Source: Bdellovibrionota bacterium
GTDB lineage: Bacteria > Bdellovibrionota_C > UBA2361 > JAAYZI01
DNA length: 64,000 bases
Direction of reading: 5' to 3'
NCBI GenBank assembly: GCA_050950765.1
Contig: JBMNIF010000002.1
Span: 256,001-320,000 of the forward strand
Under the pieces are notes generated by a model. It saw only the letters and a program-made list of their open reading frames with translations, did not search any database and was not told the origin of the DNA. How positions within the stretch are numbered: position 1 is the first letter of the stretch; each line of letters opens with the position of its first letter. Shown here in pieces: positions 17,827-28,945 of this stretch. The position numbers were made by a program, and so were the translations under genes.

Positions 17827-19335
17827 CTAACAATCGTATTGAGAGAGGTAAGTTTTTATAGCTTTATTAGCTAATATACAGATTAAAATAGTATTAATAA
17901 TAATCAGTAAATATTTTGTCACTCCTTCTACCTCAAACCCTGCAAATGGTAGTGTCGCCAGATACAATATTATTTCGCTATTAAAATAAAGTGCGTCACT
18001 AATTGCCAATAGCAGCCATCCGGCGGGATCTACGCTAGTGTAATGCATTAAAATTGCGATGAACCCTATTTTACATCCGAGAACGGAGATAAGGGGAGCA
18101 AAAAGTGGATTACAGATAAACCCTATCAGAGAGAGATAATTAAACCAATATAAGACAAACGGTGTCGTAAAAGCGGAGGCATAGATACACACTCTAAGAT
18201 ATGCCATTAAAATTGAGTCAGTCTTTTGATATTGAGCTGCAACGTTAATCCCGCAGAGCGCTGCAAACGTCAATTGAACACCTGGATCTAAAAAAGATCC
18301 CGGCCAGATTAAATTCAGGATAAGGAACGCCACTGATATAGAATGCAGCATCCCCGTTGAGCGTTCAAAGGTTGCAGAAAGCACCACCACCAGAGCCGCC
18401 ACACCAGCACGTAGACTGGGGCCTTCAATACCTGCCAAACCGATAAAAGCAGCAGTTCCTAAGAGTGCTAACCAAGCTGGGATCTGGCGAAATTTTAGAC
18501 TCCTCCTCCTAAGAGGAAGAACCCTATAAAAAAAGTTAAAGGCTGCGAATAGAAAATAATACAACAACGTAATTTGATAACCGGAGAGGACTAAAAGATG
18601 TGCCAACCCTGTTTTTTTAAAGCCATCTTCTACATATTTACTAATCAGATCCCTATATCCGATTGATGCCGCAAGGAAGATCGCTCCTCGTTCTCCATCT
18701 CCGATAACGTTACGAATAATCTTAGCAAGATGTTTTTTTGCACGTACGAAAAACGGCGCTACCATCTTCTCCGTTATTAGAGCGTGCTTGATTTTACACA
18801 TCGCAATATAACCACGTCTTCTAAAATACGCCTCTTTTTCTTTAGGAAAGGGGGAGAGCTTGGCGTGAAAGGTGATAATATCTTCTTGATCAACACCGTA
18901 TAAATTTTTCCACGGTAGATAAACGCCGCTACAAAAAAGGCGTTCTCCTGTTATAGAGAGATCTTTTTTTGTTTCATCTTGTAAAACAGCAGAACTCTCA
19001 ATTACCTTAATAGAAAGTGTGATGCTTTCAGGTGCGAATCTTCGTGGAGGCTCATCAACACTCCCCTTAATAATTACCTCTTCATGTTTAATTTCATACT
19101 TTGCTGGAGAAACTAAAAGCGCCGCTATTATACCAACGAAGATCAGAGCGATGTTTTTACGACTCATCCATATCGAAAATAGAGCAAGGATAAAACAGAC
19201 TCCCCAACCCCAACTTGAACATTCTCCAAAGCCGATCATCTCACCGAGAGAAAGTAAAAATGCTGGTACAAGACACGGAAAGTCACTGCGTAAGCGTGCC
19301 TGTAAACGTTTATCTTTCAGTTTAAGGATGAACAT
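17827..19335 (-). CDS. comEC: ComEC/Rec2 competence protein (no C-terminal beta-lactamase domain)
   Basis: TGLAHLLVLSG, PSLRA, DPGVQLTF. Confidence 0.85.
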   Translation of the reverse strand: MFILKLKDKRLQARLRSDFPCLVPAFLLSLGEMIGFGECSSWGWGVCFILALFSIWMSRKNIALIFVGIIAALLVSPAKYEIKHEEVIIKGSVDEPPRRFAPESITLSIKVIESSAVLQDETKKDLSITGERLFCSGVYLPWKNLYGVDQEDIITFHAKLSPFPKEKEAYFRRRGYIAMCKIKHALITEKMVAPFFVRAKKHLAKIIRNVIGDGERGAIFLAASIGYRDLISKYVEDGFKKTGLAHLLVLSGYQITLLYYFLFAAFNFFYRVLPLRRRSLKFRQIPAWLALLGTAAFIGLAGIEGPSLRAGVAALVVVLSATFERSTGMLHSISVAFLILNLIWPGSFLDPGVQLTFAALCGINVAAQYQKTDSILMAYLRVCIYASAFTTPFVLYWFNYLSLIGFICNPLFAPLISVLGCKIGFIAILMHYTSVDPAGWLLLAISDALYFNSEIILYLATLPFAGFEVEGVTKYLLIIINTILICILANKAIKTYLSQYDC

Positions 19336-19449
19336 TAATTAAAGACTGTTTAAAAAAAAGAGAAAACGCCAACTATTTCAAGCAATTGCCAATCTATAAA
19401 AGTATTGCTAGCATCCCCTCTCGTAATTAATTGAAAAAGAAGTAGCTAA

Positions 19450-20166
19450 ATGCACCGCTACTTCTTTAAATTTTTGATAACCATGCAGACTTCGCACAAT
19501 TTCAGAATTTATTTCCTTTTTTGTCTCTGTTTTATCTTAAGCGCTTGTGGCTCCGCGCAAAAAAGTGAATTTAATGATTATCGGGATGGGCTACTACTAA
19601 CTCGAAGTATGATCTCTCGTTTCGGTGAATATTCTGGAGACACTACATATTTAACGTATCTTAAAACAAGGCTCCTCAAAAAAGCCCCTTTTTCAGATAA
19701 AACTAATTATAAGATCGTCGTGTTAGACACAGATCAAGCGTTAGCTTTTTCACCTGGTGGCGGATTTATTTTACTATCGCGCGGGATGATTAAGCGGTGT
19801 AAGACTGAATCTGAATTAGGGTTTATCATTGCACATGAGATCTCTCATCAATATCTTGGGCACACCTTGATCCTGCATGAATCGTTAGATTCTAAAGATA
19901 TCAATTCTTACAGCAAGGATCAGGAACTAGCCGCCGACAAACTTGCTATCGCATTAGTAGCAACAGCAGGTTACAACCCCAACACAGCTTTACTCGCTAT
20001 CGTTAATGCTTATTATAACAACCCCTATATTCACAATTCATACTCTCATCCAGATATGGAAGAACGGATCTCCGCTATTCGATCAACCATCGACTCCGCA
20101 AAATGGCTCCCCCCAGGAACGATTAATAGACGCGCTTTCCTTATATTTATCAACAAACTGCCGTAG
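19450..20166 (+). CDS. M48 family metallopeptidase, probable lipoprotein
   Basis: AFSPGGG, ELGFIIAHEISH, QELAAD, SHP..ERI; LSAC lipobox. Confidence 0.85.
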   Translation: MHRYFFKFLITMQTSHNFRIYFLFCLCFILSACGSAQKSEFNDYRDGLLLTRSMISRFGEYSGDTTYLTYLKTRLLKKAPFSDKTNYKIVVLDTDQALAFSPGGGFILLSRGMIKRCKTESELGFIIAHEISHQYLGHTLILHESLDSKDINSYSKDQELAADKLAIALVATAGYNPNTALLAIVNAYYNNPYIHNSYSHPDMEERISAIRSTIDSAKWLPPGTINRRAFLIFINKLP

Positions 20167-20220
20167 CTTTTTTAAATTTTCTAAGAGATAGCTAAAAAAG
20201 TTTAGCACTTAAAAAAGACG

Positions 20221-21789
20221 TTATCCTTGTGCCATATCTAATAATTGTTGCGGAGTTTCAGGAGAAGAATTTGAGATAGCGATCGTCAACTGATCTCCGG
20301 CAATAAGGCGAGTTCCGCCACACGGTATAAGTGGCTCCCCTGCTCTCGTAATGGTCAGCACTAGCGCGGCTGCGGGGAGATTTAGATCCATCAAACGTTT
20401 TCCTGCCATAAAAGATTGCGGCTCCACTACTAAATCTAACAATTTAGGCTCGTTGAACAATTCCAGTTTAGCTTTATCAGTAGAAAGAGTCGCTCTTAAA
20501 AGAGCCTCATAAACAGGTCTTCCGCCAACCATTTGAGCTACAAAATATGACAACATACACGCTACCATCAATGGAAATAAAAGATTATAACCTCCTGTCA
20601 TTTCGAACGTTAAAATCACACCAGTTAACGGTGCCTGTACTACCCCCGTAAAATAAGCAGCCATAGCAAGCACTGCCCAAGCTTGAAAGGGAATCGTCGG
20701 AAGAAAAGTTTGTAATAACAAAGCGAGGCACAACCCCATTAACGCTCCTTGCGCTAACATCGGAGTGAAGATCCCCCCAGGTGCTGAAATAGCATAACAA
20801 GCAATATTTAAAACAATTTTTAAAAGTAATAATGCAAAAACAACTACTAATGTTTGCTGTATACCCTCTCCAGACTGAAAGAACTCTTTAATAATAAGCC
20901 CTCCTGGACCTAACGAAATCGGTAGTAAAACTCCGATCAGCCCTACCGCAAAACCTACGATCAGAGCACGATTACGTACAAACCAAAGATTAGGATTTTT
21001 TTGAGTATAGCGTACTGTTTTAACTAACAGCATGCTGTAAGATCCTCCCATAACTCCAGCGCAGATCCCAACAACTATCGCAGCAGGCAGAATCTTTAAA
21101 CTCAATAACTCTGCTTCATTTTCCATAGGAATATAAAGAGAAGGTTGTGCTCCGATTACAACTCGTGTCACAACATCAGCTAAAACTGTTGCAACCAAAG
21201 CCGTCCCATAAGTTAAAGCAGAGAACTCTTTCCTTAATTCTTCAAGAACAAATACAAACCCTGCCAGTGGTGCATTAAAAGCAGCTGCCAGCCCCGCACC
21301 TGCACCACATGCCACATAATGCAGGCGCAGTTTGCTCGGGAGGTGTAATAATTTAGTTAAACCCAGCCCTATGGCTGCTCCAAGATGAACAGTTGGACCC
21401 TCCCTCCCTAAAGTGAAACCCGTTCCGATTACAAGCAAACCTCCGATAAACTTGACCCATAAAACTCTTAACCAACGAATGCTCCCAAGTTGAATCAAAA
21501 CACCTTTAACTTGAGGAATCCCGCTACCTGAAGCTTCTGGGCAATATTTTTTCGTTATTGTAACAGCAAGCCATGCACACAAAGCACAGAAGCAAGGAAA
21601 GACGACGATACCGAAGGTATGTTTTTCAGACCACCTTAAAAGCAAGTGTGCATATTCAAAGACTACTCCCAAACAGATCTGAAAAAGCACAGCTACAATG
21701 CCAACTGAAACTCCGACCAATGCGGCATGCCCGAACTGCAACCGTTTTCTTCCACGTAAAGATCTTAAACTTTTCCTATGATTAACCAT
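20221..21789 (-). CDS. clcA: ClC H+/Cl- exchanger with C-terminal TrkA-C domain
   Basis: GSGIP, GREGP, LEE, GGIFTP, PVY; RCK-C tail. Confidence 0.88.
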   Translation of the reverse strand: MVNHRKSLRSLRGRKRLQFGHAALVGVSVGIVAVLFQICLGVVFEYAHLLLRWSEKHTFGIVVFPCFCALCAWLAVTITKKYCPEASGSGIPQVKGVLIQLGSIRWLRVLWVKFIGGLLVIGTGFTLGREGPTVHLGAAIGLGLTKLLHLPSKLRLHYVACGAGAGLAAAFNAPLAGFVFVLEELRKEFSALTYGTALVATVLADVVTRVVIGAQPSLYIPMENEAELLSLKILPAAIVVGICAGVMGGSYSMLLVKTVRYTQKNPNLWFVRNRALIVGFAVGLIGVLLPISLGPGGLIIKEFFQSGEGIQQTLVVVFALLLLKIVLNIACYAISAPGGIFTPMLAQGALMGLCLALLLQTFLPTIPFQAWAVLAMAAYFTGVVQAPLTGVILTFEMTGGYNLLFPLMVACMLSYFVAQMVGGRPVYEALLRATLSTDKAKLELFNEPKLLDLVVEPQSFMAGKRLMDLNLPAAALVLTITRAGEPLIPCGGTRLIAGDQLTIAISNSSPETPQQLLDMAQG

Positions 21790-21976
21790 ATTATTTCTTA
21801 TCTCAATTTAGAGGTCTTCACGCTATAAGTTATAAAATACGACCCTTAAAAAGGTTTTACTCAAAATAGTTAGAGCGCATTTTAAAAATATTAGCGTTCA
21901 CCTCTAAGATATCTTTAGAATAATTCTCTTTAAAAAATAAGCTTCCCCATCAAAGCAGACCTTAAGTATTTACTAC

Positions 21977-22774
21977 TTATGGAAGTTTTTGACAGCACGG
22001 ACAGAAGTGTGTACCGCGCTGCCCCACGACAAGACGTTGAATTAAGGTCTTACAACGAGAACACGGCAAGCCGCTTCTCCCGTAAATCTGCGGAGTATAA
22101 TCCCCAACCACCACATTATCACCGAAATCAGTTCCTTCTGCTGAAATGGCTTCTTTTAACACTCTCTGAATTGATCTGTGTAACAACTTAACTTCGTTTT
22201 TTGTAAGAGTTTTAGCTTTTCGTAACGGATGGATTTTAGCACGCCATAACGCTTCATCAGCATAGATATTACCGATCCCAGCGATACTGTGTTGATCAAG
22301 TAAAAGTGTTTTAATCGGCATCTCCCGCTTACAGATCTCACCTAAAATCTTAGGAGAAAAGTGTGCAGCAAGTGGCTCTACCCCCAGATCTCCTAAAACA
22401 GAAGCGAGATCTTCAACATAGTAACACCTCCCGAATTTACGTACATCATCAAAACGTAACTGCCTAGAACTCTCAAAAGAGACCACTAGCCGTGTATGTT
22501 TGATAATTCCTGCACCTTTAGGTAACACTGCTAACTTTCCACTCATACGTAAATGAAATAATAGCCAACCGTTCTTATCTAATTCAAAGACAAGATACTT
22601 CCCTCTTCTCGTTAGCGCTGTGATCTCTCGTCCCTTTAGCTTCGTTTTAAACGTTTTCAGCGCTGGGCAAGCAATAGTATTATCCCAATACACCGTGACA
22701 GCACGAACCTTTTGTCCAACAACATCAGGTCTTAAACGACGAACTGTAGATTCCACCTCAGGGAGTTCCGGCAT
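21977..22774 (-). CDS. mutM: Formamidopyrimidine-DNA glycosylase
   Basis: MPELPEVE, RRGKYL, HLRMSG, GIGNIYADE, C-terminal zinc finger. Confidence 0.96.
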   Translation of the reverse strand: MPELPEVESTVRRLRPDVVGQKVRAVTVYWDNTIACPALKTFKTKLKGREITALTRRGKYLVFELDKNGWLLFHLRMSGKLAVLPKGAGIIKHTRLVVSFESSRQLRFDDVRKFGRCYYVEDLASVLGDLGVEPLAAHFSPKILGEICKREMPIKTLLLDQHSIAGIGNIYADEALWRAKIHPLRKAKTLTKNEVKLLHRSIQRVLKEAISAEGTDFGDNVVVGDYTPQIYGRSGLPCSRCKTLIQRLVVGQRGTHFCPCCQKLP

Positions 22775-22968
22775 AGTACAGATCCTAATCTTAAAAATAC
22801 GATCCTGACATTTATAAGGTAGCGCCTCGTCAGAATTGATATTTTATCTCTACTCAATTATAGATGCGGTCATATTGTGTAGAGCATATTCAGTATGAGA
22901 TACTTTTAACGTGTGCTGAGTTAACAAACAACACTCCCTTTTGTAAATAATAAAGATATAAGAAACTG

Positions 22969-23322
22969 ATGAAGAACCTTTCACCTGAAGAAATTACAAC
23001 TTTGACAGATCGTTATTTCCACGGTTCAGAACGGTATAACTGTGCGCAGACCGTCTTACGTATTATCCAAGAAATAATCGATTCCCCTATTAGTACTATC
23101 CAAACTGCCGCTGCTTGGGGTGGCGGTAGATCTCCTAACGGCTATTGTGGTGCTCTCTACGCTCTTTTATCTCAAGTACCAGAGGCTGAACACGAAGAAG
23201 TCATAAACACTTTTAAATCAGAAGTTGGTTCTCCCTACTGTCGAGAGATTCGCCGCAACAATACTGTCCCGTGTAGCAGATGCGTTATAACAGCTGCTAC
23301 TATTTTTAATACTCGTTCATAA
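22969..23322 (+). CDS. C_GCAxxG_C_C family redox-active protein
   Basis: YNCAQ, GGGR...CGAL, CREI, C..CV. Confidence 0.8.
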   Translation: MKNLSPEEITTLTDRYFHGSERYNCAQTVLRIIQEIIDSPISTIQTAAAWGGGRSPNGYCGALYALLSQVPEAEHEEVINTFKSEVGSPYCREIRRNNTVPCSRCVITAATIFNTRS

Positions 23323-23335
23323 AAAGAGAACGTTT

Positions 23336-24151
23336 TTAGAGCATCCCTCTTTTACTTAACATTTGAGTTAATGTTAAAGCGCGTTCCGGCGTCATAAGAG
23401 CAAGGATCTGCGCCATTCTTTTATCTGGCATCCTCTCTATCAATGAAAGTGAAATAGTGACATCAAGTTGCTCTAAGAGTTGCGCTGCTTCTTTAGGTCC
23501 CATCGAGGAGTAAACAGCTGCCAACTGATCAAGTTGCACATTACGTTTTCTATCTCCTTTTTCTCTCTCACCTTTAAGTTGTTCTGACAACTCTCGTAAC
23601 TGCGTTAAACGTGCAGCAAACTCCCGATCGCGCCTCTCTATCTCTTCTTCACGAACATCTAATTTTTTTCCACGCTCTTCAAGATCTACACGTCTTTCAT
23701 CAAGGCTTTTTAAAATGACCAACTCATCTTCACTAAATGTTGGGAGTGACACAACAGGAAGTGTCGCCATAGTAGCATCAACTGTCCCGCCTTGAATTAG
23801 TCCGGAAGCCGCCACTGCACCAAGTATTAATTTAAAAACTCCCACGCAGACAATACACAACAAAGCTGTGCGTTGTCCTGAAGCGCTCCGTCTTCTCGAA
23901 GTTATCGAAAGAGGTTTTTCAGGAGAGTTTAAAGGAGATTTAAGACCTATTCCGGATCTACCGATATCTCTAGAATCTAAAGCTGACTTGGCAGAAACAG
24001 AAGATATTTTTTGCTGTGTAGATTTCTCTTTTTTATCGTTCTCAATTAGAGATTCCAGCCTTTTTTTGCCGTACTTACTCTCCATAGCACTTTTCAATGA
24101 ATCATAGAGTTGATTAGCTTCTTCTCTGGTCATTCCTTTTTTCACTACCAT
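23336..24151 (-). CDS. MotE/FlbB-like flagellar protein (MgtE N-terminal-like domain)
   Basis: TM, coiled coil, then LAAVYSSMGPKEAAQLL...ILALMTPERA; follows fliJ. Confidence 0.75.
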   Translation of the reverse strand: MVVKKGMTREEANQLYDSLKSAMESKYGKKRLESLIENDKKEKSTQQKISSVSAKSALDSRDIGRSGIGLKSPLNSPEKPLSITSRRRSASGQRTALLCIVCVGVFKLILGAVAASGLIQGGTVDATMATLPVVSLPTFSEDELVILKSLDERRVDLEERGKKLDVREEEIERRDREFAARLTQLRELSEQLKGEREKGDRKRNVQLDQLAAVYSSMGPKEAAQLLEQLDVTISLSLIERMPDKRMAQILALMTPERALTLTQMLSKRGML

Positions 24152-24204
24152 ATAAGAACTCCTTTTCTTATAAACAAAACTCTCAAATACAAATAATAAA
24201 ACTC

Positions 24205-24645
24205 TTAAAAGTTCAACTTATTGTAAGCACTCCTTTGAGTCGTCATCTCATCAATCGCTTTTAGCTCCTCTTTATTAAGATAATCAGCATATTCCGCTTT
24301 GCGCTTTTCTTTAAGAGTTGCCAACGTTTCCTCGTCCTTTGCGGCTTCAATATAAGCATCTTCAGCTTTTGCAACCGCTTCCTGCGATCTCTCTATCTCT
24401 TCCTTTTGATGCTCAATATCTTCTTTTAGACGCTCTCCATAAGCACCTAAGAGATGAATTTCTTCTGCCGTAATTTGGATATTATCCTCAATAGTGTTGA
24501 GTAGAGCTGCCATCTCCAACTCTTTCAGATGCTCCATCTCTCCAAAAAGCTTATTTCTACTTAAGATCAACTCTTTAGTTTTCTCATCCTTAAGAAGTTT
24601 TCTATACTGCAAAACTCGCTCAAGCCTGAATTGAAATTTCTTCAT
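24205..24645 (-). CDS. fliJ: Flagellar export protein FliJ
   Basis: MKKFQFRLERVLQYR...LKEK...E.K.IDE. Confidence 0.9.
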   Translation of the reverse strand: MKKFQFRLERVLQYRKLLKDEKTKELILSRNKLFGEMEHLKELEMAALLNTIEDNIQITAEEIHLLGAYGERLKEDIEHQKEEIERSQEAVAKAEDAYIEAAKDEETLATLKEKRKAEYADYLNKEELKAIDEMTTQRSAYNKLNF

Positions 24646-24680
24646 AAAACCTCACTTCTGTTAAAAACCTTAGAACAACG

Positions 24681-26024
24681 CTACTCTCCTTCCTCTTTTA
24701 CGCTTTCCTCTTTAACGCCTTCCTCCAAAATCTTTGCTAATAACTCCCACGATTCCTTAATACCAAACCTCTCACCTGGTTTCTGCTTTAAAAATTCAAT
24801 TAACTTATCATTTAACGATACAGCTAAATCCACCTTCGGGTTTTGACCTCTTTTATAAGCTCCGATCGTTATAAGATCTTCATTGTCTCTATAAGTAGCT
24901 AGCAGATCTCGTGCCAAAGCTGCCAAATCTAAGACTCCATTCGGCACTATTTCTGACATAACACGAGAAACAGAATCTAAGACACTGATGGCGGGGAACT
25001 GACCTTTCGCTGCCAACTTTCGATCGAGGATAATATGTCCATCTAAGATACCACGAACGGCATCTGCGATCGGTTCATTCATATCATCGCCTTCAACCAA
25101 AACCGTATAAAGCCCTGTAATTGAGCCTTTTTCTGCAGTTCCTGCTCTTTCCAAGACTTTAGGCAACATTGCAAAAACTGATGGGGTATAACCACGTGTA
25201 CTAGGTGGTTCTCCGATTGCTAATCCAACTTCACGTTGAGCCATAGCTAAACGGGTAATAGAATCAATCATTAAGACAACCTGCTTACCTTGATCTCTAA
25301 AATATTCAGCGATAGTCGTAGCTAAAAAAGCTGCTCTAATGCGCATTAAAGCTGATTCATTACCTGTTGCGACAACCACAACGGATCGTTTTAATCCTTC
25401 TGGTCCCAGATCACGCTCGATAAACTCTCTAACCTCCCTACCACGTTCACCAACCAACCCGATTACGTTAATGTCACTGGTTGAATGTTTAGCAAACATA
25501 CCAAGCAAGGTACTTTTTCCAACACCGGAACCTGACATAATACCGACACGTTGCCCCTTGCCTACTGTCAAAATAGTGTTAATCGCTTTGACACCTAGAT
25601 CAAACGGCTCTTTGATACGTGTTCTTGTAATAGGATTTGGCGGATCTCGATAAAGTGGAACTAAAGTTCCGACCTCATCAAGTGTTGAGCCGTCAATCGG
25701 GTTGCCCATAGCATCAATCACCTTTCCGCACAAACTATCTAAAACCACCACATCAGAGCTGTCTCCCGTAGCAGTAATTATAGCTCCTGAAGCTAGACCT
25801 TGCGGCTCGGCATAAGGCATCAATAAAACCTTATCTTGACGAAACCCCACTACTTGCGCCTGAATAATATGTCCTCCGGAACGAATTGAAACTTGTGAAC
25901 CTACGGAAACAAACGGCCCCGTTCCTTCAATAACCAAACCTGTTACATCCGAAACCTTTCCGCGCAACTCATAATTACTAGCGAGTTTCATGGCGGCATT
26001 GGCTTCTGTTAATAAACTACCCAT
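24681..26024 (-). CDS. fliI: Flagellar export ATPase FliI
   Basis: GSGVGKST, VGERGREV, GEPPSTRGYTPS, ILDGHI. Confidence 0.93.
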   Translation of the reverse strand: MGSLLTEANAAMKLASNYELRGKVSDVTGLVIEGTGPFVSVGSQVSIRSGGHIIQAQVVGFRQDKVLLMPYAEPQGLASGAIITATGDSSDVVVLDSLCGKVIDAMGNPIDGSTLDEVGTLVPLYRDPPNPITRTRIKEPFDLGVKAINTILTVGKGQRVGIMSGSGVGKSTLLGMFAKHSTSDINVIGLVGERGREVREFIERDLGPEGLKRSVVVVATGNESALMRIRAAFLATTIAEYFRDQGKQVVLMIDSITRLAMAQREVGLAIGEPPSTRGYTPSVFAMLPKVLERAGTAEKGSITGLYTVLVEGDDMNEPIADAVRGILDGHIILDRKLAAKGQFPAISVLDSVSRVMSEIVPNGVLDLAALARDLLATYRDNEDLITIGAYKRGQNPKVDLAVSLNDKLIEFLKQKPGERFGIKESWELLAKILEEGVKEESVKEEGE

Positions 26025-26035
26025 CTTTAGAATCT

Positions 26036-26872
26036 CTATTTTGCTATTTTTAAAACTTTATCTTGAACTCGTTCCCAAGCGAGATCTAACTGATAATCGA
26101 TCTCCCCTGCTGAGGTCTCCACAATACAACCAGCTTTAATCGTTGGATCGGCCACAAATTGCCAGTTTTCTTGAAATCCCTTAACTGAATTGCCGACTCC
26201 AACAAGGTTGATAAATTCAAAATCCTGAGGACTAACTCGAATAGTTTTTACTTCTGCCGTTCCTCCCAATGCCACCGCTTTATTGATAATATCAACGATG
26301 TATTCGGGGTTAATTTCAACAGCATCATCAATAATTTTCTTTGAGATAGCGAGCGCTAGGTCAAGAGTTTGCCTCTCGATAGTTTTTAGATTTTCTTCTA
26401 TCTGTTTTTGAATATCAGAGAAAACTTCCTGCATTTTCTGTTTATAGATCTCATCCTGCTCCTGCAACTTTGCATTCATTTCAGCAGAAGCTACGGCATA
26501 ACCTTCATCATATGCCTCTTTTTTAACACCTTCTAACTCTGCTTCAGTTAAGGTTGTTGTCACTATTTCAGGTTCTTTACTCTTTTCTTCTTCGTCGTGT
26601 TTTTGATACGCCAACTCCTTTGGTAAATGCCAACGCACTTTTGATTCTATTGGAGGGAGACCACCGAAGTCTTCAAACATCGGATCCACTATTCCCTCAG
26701 ACCCTGCGACAACATCAAACTGAGTCGGCAAAAAATCTTCCGACAAATGCACTTCTCCGATCACTGGCCAAGAAGCATCTTGATACTCCGTCGGTTGATA
26801 GGTCGTTTGAGTAAGACTAAGATCCACTAAGTCTTCTTGTTCCTGTATTTGCTCTGATTCTTGATGATCCAC
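26036..26872 (-). CDS. fliH: Flagellar assembly protein FliH
   Basis: AYDEGY, LALAISKKII, IRVSPQD, DPTIKAGCIVETSAGEID. Confidence 0.85.
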   Translation of the reverse strand: MDHQESEQIQEQEDLVDLSLTQTTYQPTEYQDASWPVIGEVHLSEDFLPTQFDVVAGSEGIVDPMFEDFGGLPPIESKVRWHLPKELAYQKHDEEEKSKEPEIVTTTLTEAELEGVKKEAYDEGYAVASAEMNAKLQEQDEIYKQKMQEVFSDIQKQIEENLKTIERQTLDLALAISKKIIDDAVEINPEYIVDIINKAVALGGTAEVKTIRVSPQDFEFINLVGVGNSVKGFQENWQFVADPTIKAGCIVETSAGEIDYQLDLAWERVQDKVLKIAK

Positions 26873-26928
26873 GTAATGTTCTCCGATTAGATATTTCGTT
26901 TCAAAAGCAGATCTTTACTTACAAAAAT

Positions 26929-28581
26929 TTACATTCTTCCATCATTTAACCAATAACGGATCAAGAGTGCCGCCTGTTCTGGATTCTCTTTAACCATCTT
27001 CGAGTTTTCAGCCATAATTTCATTTAACTGATCCATATCAACACGTTGTTCAATTTCAGGAATCTTCGTGCGTTGTCTTTCCGCCTCAAGCTCAGCTTCC
27101 AACTCTGCAATACCCGTAGGTAACAAACGTGTTAAATCGATCTCCGCCTCAGTCGGTGTAGTCAGGTAGTTAATAAACGGTTTAATAACAATAACTAAAA
27201 ATCCGAAAAAAAGTAGTAGCGGAACTACATACGGCAAGATCCTATTTGCCCAATGCCACCACTGTTCACTACTGCTCCAAACCTCTTCAAAGTCCACAGG
27301 TTTTGTAGAGAACGGTACATTTTCAACTGTCACAACATCACCGCGGGAAGCATCATAACCAACGGCACTTTTTACCAATGATTCAATCTGTGCCAACATC
27401 CCCTCATCTAACGGTTTATAAACAGTCTTGATATTTTGACCTGCGGCATCAGTGACGTTTTCATAATTACCGTCAACACCTACTGCTACTGAAAGATTAA
27501 TCAATCTGCCGCGTGGTGCCGATACTTTTGTCACAGCACGTGAAACTTCATAATTTTTTAACATCTCTTTTTGTGATGATTTACTTTCATCAGATCCAGG
27601 AGGTGTAATTAGATCTGGATCATTACTAAGATTTGAAATCACACCTGGAATCCCGCCACGTTGTGAAAAGCCCGTTCCACGTTCTATACTTCTTTCCGAA
27701 CGTACGACTTGACCACCTGGATCGTAGATTTCTTCTTCTCTTTCATTAGCAGAGAAATCCAAATTCGCTGTAACACGTGCAATGATTTTTTCAGGACCAA
27801 GCACCTTCGACAACATCTGTTCTATCTGACGCACATAGCCCTTTTCTAAAGCAGTTTTGTATTGTAAGCGTGTGGCTTCTGCTACAAGCCCCTCCTCTTC
27901 ATCTTCATCAGGTGTGAGGAGATTCCCGTACATATCAACGATGGTCACATTCTCAGGAAGCAGCCCCTCAATAGAACCCGCTACAAGATTGGTAATACCT
28001 TTTATCTGTTTTTTTCCCAACTCAACACCTGGACGTAATGTTAACATTACAGAGGCGGTTGTCTGATTCTCTTTCTTTGAAAAAACCGACTTTTCAGGTT
28101 TGGCGATAGCTACTCGTGCTGAATTAACTGCATCCATAGCCTCAATTGTTCGTTGTAATTCACCTTGCACGGCACGAGTCCAACGGATCTTCTCTTCAAA
28201 TGTGGTGGTTCCTAAATTAGTCACATCAAAGAGTTCAAAACCTACCTTGCCTCCTTTCGGCACACCTTCAGCCGCAAGTGAGATTCTCAATTCATGTACG
28301 GCTTCCGGTGGAGTGATTGCGATCGTACCGCCATCTCCACGAATCTGATAAGCTATCTTCTGTTCCTTTAAGCGCTCAATAACTGCAGCAGAATCTGCCG
28401 GACCTAAATCTGTAAAAAGCACGGCATAACCAGGACGACTAGCGATATTTGAAACGAATACAATCCCCGCCACAGAACCTATAATCAGTAACGGATAGAT
28501 TATTTTTTGCAAAAGCGGCATCTTGAGATACCCCTCAAAAGCCTTTCCTAATGCTGCTCCTAAATCAATTTTCCCTGCCAC
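26929..28581 (-). CDS. fliF: Flagellar M-ring protein FliF
   Basis: VGFELFD, RAVQGELQRTI, ASVML, NYEVSR, AVGYDASRGD, C-terminal NPEQAALLIRYWL. Confidence 0.93.
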   Translation of the reverse strand: MAGKIDLGAALGKAFEGYLKMPLLQKIIYPLLIIGSVAGIVFVSNIASRPGYAVLFTDLGPADSAAVIERLKEQKIAYQIRGDGGTIAITPPEAVHELRISLAAEGVPKGGKVGFELFDVTNLGTTTFEEKIRWTRAVQGELQRTIEAMDAVNSARVAIAKPEKSVFSKKENQTTASVMLTLRPGVELGKKQIKGITNLVAGSIEGLLPENVTIVDMYGNLLTPDEDEEEGLVAEATRLQYKTALEKGYVRQIEQMLSKVLGPEKIIARVTANLDFSANEREEEIYDPGGQVVRSERSIERGTGFSQRGGIPGVISNLSNDPDLITPPGSDESKSSQKEMLKNYEVSRAVTKVSAPRGRLINLSVAVGVDGNYENVTDAAGQNIKTVYKPLDEGMLAQIESLVKSAVGYDASRGDVVTVENVPFSTKPVDFEEVWSSSEQWWHWANRILPYVVPLLLFFGFLVIVIKPFINYLTTPTEAEIDLTRLLPTGIAELEAELEAERQRTKIPEIEQRVDMDQLNEIMAENSKMVKENPEQAALLIRYWLNDGRM

Positions 28582-28609
28582 CTAAAACTCCCTACAAAAC
28601 CTAAAAAAG

Positions 28610-28930
28610 CTAAATCTGTGTTCTAATGATCTCTTGATACGCATTGATAATTTTCTGCTGCAAATTAGTCATGAACTGAAAAGTCACATCAGCTTTTTCA
28701 AGAGCTATCATAGCATCATGAATATTAGCGCCCTCTTTTTTAGTCATAACGTTTTCTATCTGCTGATCAGCGTCGAGTTGTAATCTATTAACATCGTTTA
28801 AAACCTGTGCTAGTACATCGCCGAAAGATGAACCGCTTTTATCAACACTACCTTGCACACCTTGTTGCTGTAACGGTTGAGAGATCGGCTTAATTGCTTC
28901 AAGTCCAAATTGTATCCCTTCAATACTCAT
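28610..28930 (-). CDS. fliE: Flagellar hook-basal body protein FliE
   Basis: SFGDVL, IHDAMIALEKA, KIINAYQEI. Confidence 0.92.
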   Translation of the reverse strand: MSIEGIQFGLEAIKPISQPLQQQGVQGSVDKSGSSFGDVLAQVLNDVNRLQLDADQQIENVMTKKEGANIHDAMIALEKADVTFQFMTNLQQKIINAYQEIIRTQI

Positions 28931-28945
28931 CGTTCTCTAATCTCC